Under the pieces are notes generated by a model. That model was given only the letters and a program-made list of their open reading frames with translations. It was not told the origin of the DNA and ran no database searches. A stretch of 64,000 nucleotides of DNA, taken from the NCBI GenBank assembly GCA_052327205.1, contig CM126206.1, forward strand, positions 315,518,001 to 315,582,000, given 5' to 3'. Both the position numbers and the translations under genes were made by a program. The stretch comes from Somniosus microcephalus. Lineage: Eukaryota. Below, one piece after another: positions 1-10,887 of this stretch (position 1 is its first letter; the number at the start of each line of letters is the position of its first letter).

Positions 1-264
1 TAAAGGTTTGTTTTTGCCTCTGCTGTTCTCTTATCAGCTACTTGGCTCTGTCTTTGCTTTCCATTTCGCTGGAAATGAAATTGAAACCAACATTTCCAGC
101 CTTCAAATAGAAACTGACTTAACAGCCAAAAGCAAACAGTGAACAAAAAGAATTAACCCTTCCCTTACACTCTTGAGGTTGAGCCTCAATCATCCATTCC
201 CACGCTGCTCCAGTAAAGATAGTCTGCAAGGTACCCTGCCCCAGCCCAATGTAGTACCGATAAA

Positions 265-565
265 CACAAAAGCAAAATACCGCGGGTGCTGGGAATCTGA
301 AATAAAAGCACAAAGTGCTGGAAGCACTCAGCGGGCCAGGCAGCGTCTGCGGAGAGAGAAACAGAGTTAACGTTTCAGGTCGAGGACCTTTCGTCAGAAC
401 TGGAAAAAGTTAAGAGACGTGACAGGTTTTAAGCCAGCGCAGGTACAGGGAAAGGGGCGGAGTGGGGGGGTGGTGAGGAAAGAACCAAAAGGAAGGTCTG
501 CGATAGGGCGGAAGGCAGGAGAGATTAAATGACAAAAGGGATGAAGGTGCGAGGCAAGAGGAGAT
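265..565 (-). mobile_element. Penelope-like element terminal fragment (pLTR-type end) containing a minimal hammerhead motif
   Basis: The motif AAAATGCTGGAA..ACTCAGC.GG.CAGGCAGC.TCTG.GGAGAGAGAAACAGAGTTAACGTTTCAGG recurs at about 8135, 9180, 35260 and 61290. A hammerhead core lies on the - strand at 365-401. Family assignment is inferred. Confidence 0.55.
365..401 (-). ncRNA. Minimal type I hammerhead ribozyme motif
   Basis: The - strand reads AGTT-CTGACGA-A-AGGTC-ctc-GACCT-GAAA-CG-TT-AACT: stem I AGUU/AACU, CUGANGA and GAAA boxes, 5-bp stem II, and a palindromic ACGU in place of stem III. Confidence 0.6.
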
Positions 566-599
566 GGGTCCTTTTGACTGAAATTTTATCCCCGTTCCC

Positions 600-860
600 T
601 TTGCCCCACCATTGGCGATTGTGCCTTTAGCCACCTGGACCCCATGCTCTGGAATTTCCTGCTTAAGCCATTCTGCCTCTCCACCGACTGGCCCTATAGT
701 AGTGGGTTATCATTGATAGTTGCTTACAAAGTTAGTTACAGATTTCCTTGTACTCTCCTCCTTTAAAACTACTCTTTGACCAAGTTTTTGATCTCCCCGC
801 CCCAATATTTTCCTTCTTTGCTTCGGCAGCCATTTACTTTTGATTACACCTCTGTTCTCT
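600..860 (+). mobile_element. L2-like LINE 3' fragment (degenerate)
   Basis: Similar to 16900-17300, 26460-26700 and (reverse) 62355-62940, e.g. ctctttgaccaagtttttg. Confidence 0.4.
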
Positions 861-869
861 GTTGAAGGC

Positions 870-1285
870 AATAGAAGGAAAAAAGAAAGTCCAAATCGCT
901 TTACAGCCAATGAAGTACTTTTTGAAGTGTAGTCACTGTTGTAATGTGGGAAACGCGGCAGCCAATTTGCGCACAGCAAGCTCCCACAATCAGCAATGTG
1001 ATAATGACCAGATAATTTGTTTTAGTGATGTTGATTGAGGGATAAATATTGGCCCCAGGACACCTCCTCCTGCTGTTCTTCGAAATAGTGCCATGGGATC
1101 TTTAACGTCCACCTGAGTTTGCATACGGGGCCTCAGTTTAAAGTCTCATCCGAAAGACGGCACCTCCGACAGTGCAGCACTCCCTCAGCATTGCACTGGG
1201 AGAGCGTCAGCCTGGATTTTTGTGCTCAAGACTTGAAGCCACGACTTTCTGACTCAGCCGAGAGTGCTGAGCCCATGGCTGACAC
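870..1285 (-). mobile_element. Deu-domain tRNA-SINE (SacSINE1/AmnSINE1-like)
   Basis: Reverse complement of the core GTGCTGCACTGTCGGAGGTGCCGTCTTTCGGATGAGAC; matches the complete + strand copies at 22041 and 51131. Confidence 0.8.
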
Positions 1286-1329
1286 TGACTATATAAATGC
1301 AAGTTGTTGCTGATCCGCGGGACCACTTC

Positions 1330-1600
1330 CATAGGAACAGGAGGAGGCCATTCAGCCCCTCAAGCCTGTTCTGCCACCCAATTAGATCCTGGCTGATCTG
1401 CATCTTAACTCCATCTACCCATCTTGATTCCGTAACCCTTAATACCCTTATCTAACAAAAATATATCAATCTCAGTTTTGACATTTTAAATTGACCCCCA
1501 GCCTGAAGTTTTTTTCTGGGGTGGGGGGAGTTCCAGATTACACTTACCCTTCGTGTGAAGAATTCCTTCCTTCCTTCACCACTTGAACTGCCCTAGCGGG
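1330..1600 (-). mobile_element. CR1-like LINE 3' end fragment
   Basis: Tail ataggaacaggaggaggccattcagcccc, shared with the many CR1 3' ends in the window. Confidence 0.65.
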
Positions 1601-1835
1601 GATAGGGTGGGATATGTGTTGGTGTAGGGGTTGCGGGGATCGGGTGGGATATGTGTCAGTGCAGGCTCGATGGGCCGAAATGGCCTCTATCTGCACTGTG
1701 GGGTTTCTGTGATTTCTGTGAGCTCAAATTGTAAGGTTTATTCCCCATCGCCGCCACCCCCCCATCCCCACTGTATTGAATTTTAACGGCAGGTACCCTT
1801 CCCGTTGTATTAACGGTAGACACCAATGTGACTTC

Positions 1836-2105
1836 TTTGGCAGCATCTCCCAAACCCGCGACCTCTGCCACTAGAAGGACAAGGGCAGCAGGCGCATGGG
1901 AACACCACCACCTCCAAGTTCCCCTCCAAGTCACACACCATCCTGACTTGGAAATATATTGGGCCATTCCTTCATCGTCGCCTGGGTCAAAATCCTGGAA
2001 CTCCCTCCCTAACAGCGCTGTGGGAGCGCCTTCACCACACGGACTGCAGCGGTTCAAAAAGGCGGCTCATCACCACCTTCTCAAGGGCAATAAATGCTGG
2101 CCTTG
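1836..2105 (+). mobile_element. 3' fragment of the LINE family seen at 47378-50580
   Basis: Closely matches 50283-50557 (cccaaacccgcgacctct...ggcaataaatgctggcctt). Confidence 0.85.
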
Positions 2106-2107
2106 GG

Positions 2108-2580
2108 AATCATAGAATCATAGAATTCTTATGTTCTTATGATGGTTACAGCACAGGGGGCCATTCAGCCCGTCAAGCCCCGTGCCGGCTCTCTGCGAGA
2201 GCACTTCAGCTTCACCCCGCCGCCCTTGCCCCGTAGCCCTGCAACTTTTTTCCTTCAGGTACTTATCCAATTCCCTTTTGAAAGCCACGATTGAATCTAC
2301 TCCACCACCTTTTCAGGCAGTGCATTCCAGATCCTAACCACTCGCTGTGTAAAAAGTTTTTCCTCATGTCGCCTTTGGTTCTTCTGCAATCACCTTAAAT
2401 CTGTGTCCTCTGGTTCTCGACCCTTCCGCTAATGGGAACAGTCTCTCTCTATCTACTCTGTCTAGACCCCTCATGATTTTGAACACCTCTATCAAATCTC
2501 CTCTCAAACTTCTCTGCTCTAAGGAGAATCACCCCAGCTTCTCCAGTCTATCCACGTAACTGAAGTCCCTCATCCGGTAA
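2108..2580 (-). mobile_element. CR1-like LINE 3' fragment
   Basis: Reverse strand gives RGDLIEVFKIMRGLDRVDRERLFPL-type ORF2 C-terminus; tail repeats (aatcatag)n. Confidence 0.8.
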
Positions 2581-2619
2581 CATCCACGTCCTGTGAACTT
2601 ATAATAAAAAGGCGAGCCT

Positions 2620-3970
<1,351 letters not shown>

Positions 3971-4025
3971 GGGTGAGGGGAATAGGGAGGGTGAAGGGGT
4001 AGAGGCATTGAGGGAGGGTGGTACA

Positions 4026-4610
4026 GAGAGCGGAGGTGGGATGAGGTGGGTGGGGGTAGAGCGGGGTGGGATGAGGTGGGTGGGGGTAGAGCGGGGTGGG
4101 ATGAGGTGGGTGGGGGTAGAGCGGGGTGGGATGAGGGGGGTGGGGGTAGAGCGGGGTGGGATGAGGGGGGTGGGGGTAGAGCGGGGTGGATGAGGGGGTG
4201 GGGGTAGAGCGGGGTGGGGGTAGAGCGGGGTGGATGAGGTGGGTGGGGGTAGAGCGGGGTGGGATGAGGTGGGTGGGGGTAGAGCGGGGTGGGATGAGGT
4301 GGGTGGGGGTAGAGCGGGGTGGGATGAGGTGGGTGGGGGTAGAGCGGGGTGGGATGAGGTGGGTGGGGGTAGAGCGGGGTGGGATGAGGTGGGTGGGGGT
4401 AGAGCGGGGTGGGATGAGGTGGGTGGGGGTAGAGCGGGGTGGGATGAGGTGGGTGGGGGTAGAGCGGGGTGGGATGAGGTGGGTGGGGGGGTTAGAGCGG
4501 GGTGGATGAGGGGGGGGTAGAGCGGGGTGGGATGAGGGGGGGGGGGTAGAGCGGGGTGGGATGAGGGGGGGGTAGAGCGGGGTGGGATGAGGGGGGTAGA
4601 GCGGGGGGGT
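4026..4610 (+). repeat. G-rich minisatellite, 30-bp unit GGGATGAGGTGGGTGGGGGTAGAGCGGGGT, about 19 copies
   Basis: Exact 30-nt periodicity is directly visible at 4261-4480. Confidence 0.95.
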
Positions 4611-4769
4611 AGAGGGAAGAGAAGGGGGTAGAGGGGTAGGGCATTGAGAGGGGGTAGGGTAGAGGGGTGAGGGTGGTTCGAGCGGGGTTTGGGGCTAGAG
4701 GGGTGTGGTGAAGTGACGTTGAGGAGAGGGGCGTTGTGACGGGGAGCATGGAGAGGGAGGCGTTGTTGG

Positions 4770-6040
4770 GGGGGGGGGCTTGTGACCGGTAAGTGGGGTG
4801 CGAGAGAGAGAGAGGTGGGGGGTGGGGGGTTGTGACCGGCAAGTGGCGTGTGCGCGAGAGAGGTGGGTGGGGGGGGGTTTGTGACCGGTAAGTGGGGTGC
4901 GAGAGGGAGGTGGGGGGGGGGCGGGGGGTTGTGACCGGTAAGTGGGGTGTGAGAGAGGTAGGTGGGGGGGGGGGGGTTGTGACCGGTAAGTGGGGTGTGA
5001 GAGAGGTGGGGGGGGGGGGGTTTGTGACCGGTAAGTGGGGTGCGAGAGGGAGGTGGGGGGGGGGGGTTTGTGACCGGTAAGTGGGGTGCGAGAGAGAGAG
5101 AGGTGGGGGGTGGGGGGTTGTGACCGGCAAGTGGGTGTGCGCGAGAGAGGTGGGTGGGGGGGGGTTTGTGACCGGTAAGTGGGGTGCGAGAGGGAGGTGG
5201 GGGGGGGGCGGGGGGTTGTGACCGGTAAGTGGGGTGTGAGAGAGGTAGGTGGGGGGGGGGGGGTTGTGACCGGTAAGTGGGGTGTGAGAGAGGTGGGGGG
5301 GGGGGGGGTTTGTGACCGGTAAGTGGGGTGCGAGAGGGAGGTGGGGGGGGGGGGTTTGTGACCGGTAAGTGGGGTGCGAGAGAGAGAGAGGTGGGGGGGG
5401 TTTGTGACCGGTAAGTGGGGTGCGAGAGGGAGGTGGGGGGGGGGGCGGGGGGTTGTGACCGGTAAGTGGGGTGTGAGAGAGGTGGGGGGGGGGGGGGTTT
5501 GTGACCGGTAAGTGGGGTGCGAGAGAGAGAGAGGTGGGGGGGGGTTTGTGACCGGTAAGTGGGGTGCGAGAGGGAGGTGGGGGGGGGCGGGGGGTTGTGA
5601 CCGGTAAGTGGGGTGTGAGAGAGGTAGGTGGGGGGGGGGGGGTTGTGACCGGTAAGTGGGGTGTGAGAGAGGTGGGGGGGGGGGGGTTTGTGACCAGTAA
5701 GTGGGGTGCGAGAGGGAGGTGGGGGGGGGGGTGAGAGAGGTGTGGGGGGGGGTTGTGACCGGTAAGTGGGGTGGGGGGGGGGGGTTGTGACCGGTAAGTG
5801 GGGTGTGAGAGAGGTGGGGGGGGGGGGTTGTGACCGGTAAGTGGGGTGTGAGAGAGGTGGGGGGGGGGGGGGGTTGTGCCCGGTAAGTGGGGTGTAAGAG
5901 AGGTGGTCTGGGGGGGGGGGTTGTGACCGGTAAGTGGGGTGTGAGAGAGGTGGGGGGGGGGTTGTGCCCGGTAAGTGGGGTGAGAGAGAGGGAGGTGGGG
6001 GGGTGGGTGCGGTTTGTGACCGGTAAGTGGGGTGCGAGAG
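4770..6040 (+). repeat. G-rich minisatellite, about 45-50-bp unit with core TTGTGACCGGTAAGTGGGGTG, about 27 copies
   Basis: The core recurs between variable (GA)n and poly-G runs; 4781-5067 resembles 5068-5355, suggesting a higher-order repeat. Confidence 0.95.
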
Positions 6041-6532
6041 GCGCTGTGATGGAGGAACCGTCGGCTGCCGCTGCTAGTCCTATTCCGCTCGTGCACACAC
6101 TCGTGTATAGTTTTTAAAAATTACTTTTAAAAACTGTTCAAAATAATTACTTAAGTACCTAATCGATCTATTGAAATAAAACACCTCGGGTGACATTTAA
6201 ATTTTGAAGCGAATTTACTATTTTTAATAAATATATACACATACATACTCGTCATTCGGTCCGCCTGCCTTCAGTAGGCGGGCGCGACTTGGCTATGACT
6301 CTCCCAATGGGGCTGGATGGACTGGGTGGATGTGCAGGATTGGCAGTTGCCCAGGCCGCTGCGTGGTTGGTCGGGCTAGGGGGAGGAGCTCCTTGTTTTT
6401 GAATGGGTCGTTGGCGCTTGAATGCGGCCAATGGGGCGGTGTGCTCGGCCTCAGTTGGTGGAGGAGGAGTTGAGGATTGAGGGGTCAGTGTTGCATCCAG
6501 AATCTGAATCAACAAGCTGATGGAGGATGGGT

Positions 6533-7200
6533 TTCTTCTTAGACAGTCCCTCGGAGCTGAGGATGACTTGCTTCCACATTAAAAATGAGTTCTCGGGTGA
6601 CTGATTAGTCCAATGCGGGACCTACAGTCTGTGTCACAGGTGGGGCAGACGGTGGTTGACGGGGCGAGTGGTTGGGGTGCTTGGGTTGACTTGCGCTTGG
6701 CTTCTGCTTGCTCCCAGCAATGAGACTCGAGGTGTTCGGCGCCTTCCCGGATACTACTACTCCTACTTTGTGCGGTATTGGGCCAGGGATTCCCAGGTGT
6801 CAGTGGGGATGTTGCACTTTTTCAAGGAGGCTTTGAGGGTGTCCTTAAGCGTTTCCTCTGCCCACTTGGGGGGCTCTTGCCGTGTCGGAGCTCCGAGTCG
6901 AGCGCTTGTTTTGCCAATGGATTTGCAGGATCTTGCAGAGGCAGCGTTGCTGGTACCTCTCCAGTGCATTGAGGTACCTGCTGTACATGGTCCATGTATC
7001 TGAGGCATATAGCAGGGCGGGTATCACTGCTGCTCTGTAGACCATGAGCTTGGTGCCGGGTTTGAGGTCCTGGTCTTCCTCAGGCGACCGAAGGCTGCAC
7101 TGACACACTGAAGGCGGTGTTGGACTTCGTCATCGACGTCTGCCCTTGTTGACAGTAGGCTCCCGAGGTATGGAAAGTGGTCCACGTTGTCCAAGGCTGC
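6533..7200 (-). mobile_element. RTE-clade LINE 3' fragment
   Basis: Reverse ORFs VDHFPYLGSLLS, TKLMVYRAAVIPALLYAS and LKDTLKASLKKCNI; same family as 44701-46195; (GAA)n tail. Confidence 0.85.
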
Positions 7201-7292
7201 CTTCACTAATCTAGTAATCTTCATAGGTGAAGCCTCTTTTTTTTTTTTCTTTCTTTTCTTCCCCCTTTTCTTTCTTTCCCTGGAGCTGGTGG

Positions 7293-7622
7293 TCATAGAA
7301 GTTTACAACACAGAAGGAGGCCATTTGGCCCATGTCTGTGCTGGCTGAAAAAGAGCTATCCAGCGTAATCCCACTTTCCAGCTCTTACCTGTAGGTTTCG
7401 GCACTTCAAGTGCATATCCAAGCACTTTTTAAATGTGATGAGGGTTTCTGCCTCTACCACCCTTTCAGGCAGTGAGTTCCAGACCCCCACCACCCTCTGG
7501 GTGAAAAAAGTTCTCCTCAACTCCCCTCTAATCCTTCTACCAATTACTTTAAATCTGTGCCCCCTGGTTATTGACCTCTGCTAAGGGAAATAGGTCCTTC
7601 TTATCTGCTCTATCTAGGCCCA
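7293..7622 (-). mobile_element. CR1-like LINE 3' fragment
   Basis: Closely similar to 23990-24360 and to the 3' end of 10888-12958. Confidence 0.8.
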
Positions 7623-8132
7623 TGGCCGCTTCCTTTCACCCACTTGAAAGTGTTTGCTCGCATGGTTATGCAGCAGTATGAAGGTGCTACAGTTCAGTTT
7701 GGCAAATCAATTAGAAAACAATATATATAATCGTGTTAATGTTTATTGCATGTTGGGTTTGAAGCCCAGCTGTCTTCTGTCCCAGGAGGAATGGGTGTTT
7801 TATTAGCTGAGTTGCCATAGATGCACCTCTTTGTTCACACAGCCCCCTTCCCCTCCCATATCTCAACTTATGCTCTGATATTTAGTTTAGCGGAAGCTGC
7901 CCCAAGTGTCATGTACCAGTTGCTCACCTTTGCAAACCTTACAATTGCACCCATTCGCAACTACAAAGCCTCAAGTTGTAACTTAAAAGCAGTGTTGCTT
8001 TTTAATATAGAGGGATGCCTTTTTTTTGTCTAAATGTCTTTCTCCCCCATCACCCTCCCTTCCTGAGGGTGTTGACTGTTTGCTGATGTACAGTTCCTAA
8101 GTTACCAGTAATTTCCAGGATATGGCTGAAGT

Positions 8133-8330
8133 AACAACAGAAAATGCTGGAAATACTCAGCAGGCCAGGAAGCATCCGTGGAGAGAGAAAGAGTCAACGT
8201 TCCAGGTCTGGTGAAGGATCCCAGACCTGAAACGTTAACTCTGTTTCTCTCTCCACGGATGCTTCCTGGCCTGCTGAGTATTTCCAGCATTTTCTGTTAT
8301 TTCAGATTTCCAGCATCTGCAGTATTTTGC
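8133..8330. mobile_element. Fold-back (palindromic) Penelope-like end
   Basis: 8135-8210 is nearly the reverse complement of 8221-8298. It carries a hammerhead-like core with CTGGTGA instead of CTGANGA. Confidence 0.65.
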
Positions 8331-8539
8331 AATTATATATGGCTGAAGTATCCCATTTTTCATGTGTGAAGCTGCACGGTGAGTGTTGGTGGGATATTCA
8401 ACTGTTGGTTGCATTGTACAGCCCAATCATGTTCACTTTGCAGCAGCAACTAGATTGAGGTTGGGAGCAGAAACTTTTGCCAGATCCTGTTTCCTTACCC
8501 CAAACCCAGGGACTTGATCTTAATGGTGCAGTGAAAACT

Positions 8540-8910
8540 TTAAAGTGTCTCCATATAACTAGCAATACTGTAATGAATAACCCAGGTTCAGTACTGTGTA
8601 AACCTTTAATAACCTCTGTCCTTCAGGCACTATTAATCCTTCTGTGATTCTGTCCCGGGAACAGGCTCGAGGGGGCTGAATGGCCTACTCCTGCTCCTGT
8701 GTCCCAAAGGTTTATACAGTAATACTGAGGCCTTGAATTCAAGTACCTTTTGACCAGAGCTAGTTTATTGCCAAGCTCCTTGAGCCTGTTCCTGGGGCAT
8801 ACTCCTCGAAGGATTAATCATGTCTGATGGATAGAGGTTATTAAATGTTTACACAGTACTGAACACGGGTTATTCATTAGTGTGTTGTTAGTTATATTGA
8901 GACATTTTAA
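8540..8910. repeat. Imperfect inverted repeat, arms about 100 bp
   Basis: taatgaataacccaggttcagtactgtgtaaac (about 8571-8603) versus gtttacacagtactgaacacgggttattcatta (about 8847-8879). Confidence 0.8.
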
Positions 8911-9179
8911 AATAAGCTAGCTAAATGAGAACTGAACGGAATAAAGTCAAAAAATGTTAAATGTGTAATTGCTCTTGCCATCCAGTTTCTAAGTGACTAA
9001 ATTTCTTCATTTAAAACGAGCTAATGAGAAATTGTTGATGAAGTGTAATCGGCTAAGTTCTCGGGCTCCCCTTTCATATATCTTGGAGGCGTCTGTGAAT
9101 CTGGGCCTATTGCTGAATACTTGACCCATACAGCTGTGCAGTTGAAAGGGCCTTTAGAGCTCAAGTGTTCATATTTTTG

Positions 9180-9395
9180 AAATAAAAACAAAATGCTGGA
9201 AACATTCAGGCCCAACAAGGAAATGTCAGATTAATGTTTCAGGTTGATGAACTTTTGCAGTTCTGACAAAAGGGGTCATCAACCTGAAATATTAACCCTC
9301 TGTTTCTCCGCAGATGCTGCCTGACCTGCTGAGTGTGCCCAGCACTTTCTGTTTGTATTTTAGATTTCCAGCATCTGCGGTATTTAGCTTTTTGT
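9180..9395. mobile_element. Degenerate fold-back Penelope-like end
   Basis: Same motif as 8133-8330 in both orientations. Confidence 0.55.
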
Positions 9396-9734
9396 TCATA
9401 AAATTGAACTTGATTCTTGCAGTAGCTGGTTTATAACTTTTTTTAAGTGCTAGTATTCTTTAATACATAGTCAAATCTGGTCATTTAAACTAATATTTTC
9501 AGATGTAACTGCATTCGAATGAAGACCGGATACTGTAAGGTATTAAAAAAAAAGTATCTGACCTTTAAATGAAGGCTATTACAGGTGTATGTTACAAGAG
9601 GAATTGAAGCATGGTGGATAGAAAGTTGGCTGACAGGCAGGAGAGTGAGTTAGGGGGAAAGGGTATTGGCTGTGTTGAAAATGGTTTGCCATAGGGGTTA
9701 GTGGTGGGTATTGTTCTTGGTGGTTACATAGAAA

Positions 9735-10183
9735 GTAAAGAAAGAAAGACTTGCATTTACATAGCGCCTTTCACGACCACTGGACGTCCCAAAGTGCTTT
9801 TTGAAGTGTAGTCACTGTTGTAATGTAAAAAATGTGGCAGCCAATTTATGCACCGCAAGCTCCCACAAACAGCAATGTGATACTGACCAGATAATCTGTT
9901 TGTGATGTTGAATGAGGGATAAATATTGGCCAGGCCACCGGAGGTAACTCCCCTGCTCTTCAAAATAGTTCCATGGGATCTTTCACATCCACCTGAGGGG
10001 GCAGAAGGGGCCTCGGTTTAACGTCTCATCTGAAAGACGGCACCTCTGACAGTGCGGCACTCCCTCAGTACTGCACTGGAGTGTCGGCCTAGATTTTTGT
10101 GCTCAAGTCTCTGGAGTGGGACTTGGAACCCACAACCCTCTGACCCAGAGGCGAGGATGGTACCCACTGAGCCACGCCTGACA
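9735..10183 (-). mobile_element. Deu-domain tRNA-SINE, full length
   Basis: tRNA-like head (reverse of gtggctcagtgggtacc...gggttccaagtcccac), Deu core and ggcgctatgtaaatgcaagtctttc tail. Confidence 0.9.
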
Positions 10184-10189
10184 CTAGAT

Positions 10190-10887
10190 GATTTGGAATT
10201 GGGCATAAGGAACGCAATCTCCAATTGCTGACACAAAAGTGGGGAGATGGCAAATACTGAGGGACTGTGAAAGACTTAAGGAATACATAGGTTAGCGAAA
10301 TGGCAAGATGGCTGGCAGGCGCAATTGAATGCGGAGAAGTGTCCGTGATGCATTTTGAAGGCAAAATGAGGAATAAGTATATACCCGAATAGAGGGGTGC
10401 TGAAGGGTGTGGATGAAGAGAGAGATCGAGGGGTTTAAATAACACTATTTCCTTGAATCTGCAAGTGCAAGTCGATTGGGCTTCTACTCGCTGGGGTTTA
10501 GAAGAATGAGAGGGGATCTCATTGAAACTTATAAAATTCTGACAGCACTGGACAGACTAGATGCAGGAAGGATGTTTCCGATGGCGGGGGAGTCCAGAAC
10601 CAGGGGTCACAGTCTAAGGATAAGGGGTAAGCCATTTAGGACAGAAATTGGGTGAAGAAATTCCGCCTCGAGAGTGGTGAACCTGTGGAATTCTCTACCA
10701 CAGAGGGCAGTTGAGGCCAGTTCATTAAATATATTCAAGAAGGAGCTGGATATATTTCTTACGGCTAAAGGGATCAAGGGATATGGGGAGAAGGCAGGGA
10801 CAGGGTGCTGAATTTGGATGATCAGCCATGATCGCATTGAATGGCGGAGTAGGCTCGAGGGGCCGAATGGCCCACTCCTGCTCCTAT
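10190..10887 (+). mobile_element. CR1-like LINE fragments (old RT remnant plus younger 3' end from about 10485)
   Basis: RRMRGDLIETYKIL-type C-terminus and tail gaatggcccactcctgctcctat. Confidence 0.75.

Noticed and set aside
4770-6040. CRISPR-like repeat/spacer appearance
   Set aside because: Spacers are low-complexity G/GA variants of each other, the context is eukaryotic and there are no cas genes.
4008-6117. Long Pro/His-rich and Gly-rich ORFs (534 aa, 467 aa, MRWVGVERGG repeats)
   Set aside because: Translations of stop-poor minisatellites; no non-repetitive coding signal.
9503-9539. Possible small exon (ttttcag/ATG...AAG/GTATT)
   Set aside because: Phase-0 reading gives ATG TAA immediately; 30890-30980 fits better as exon 2.
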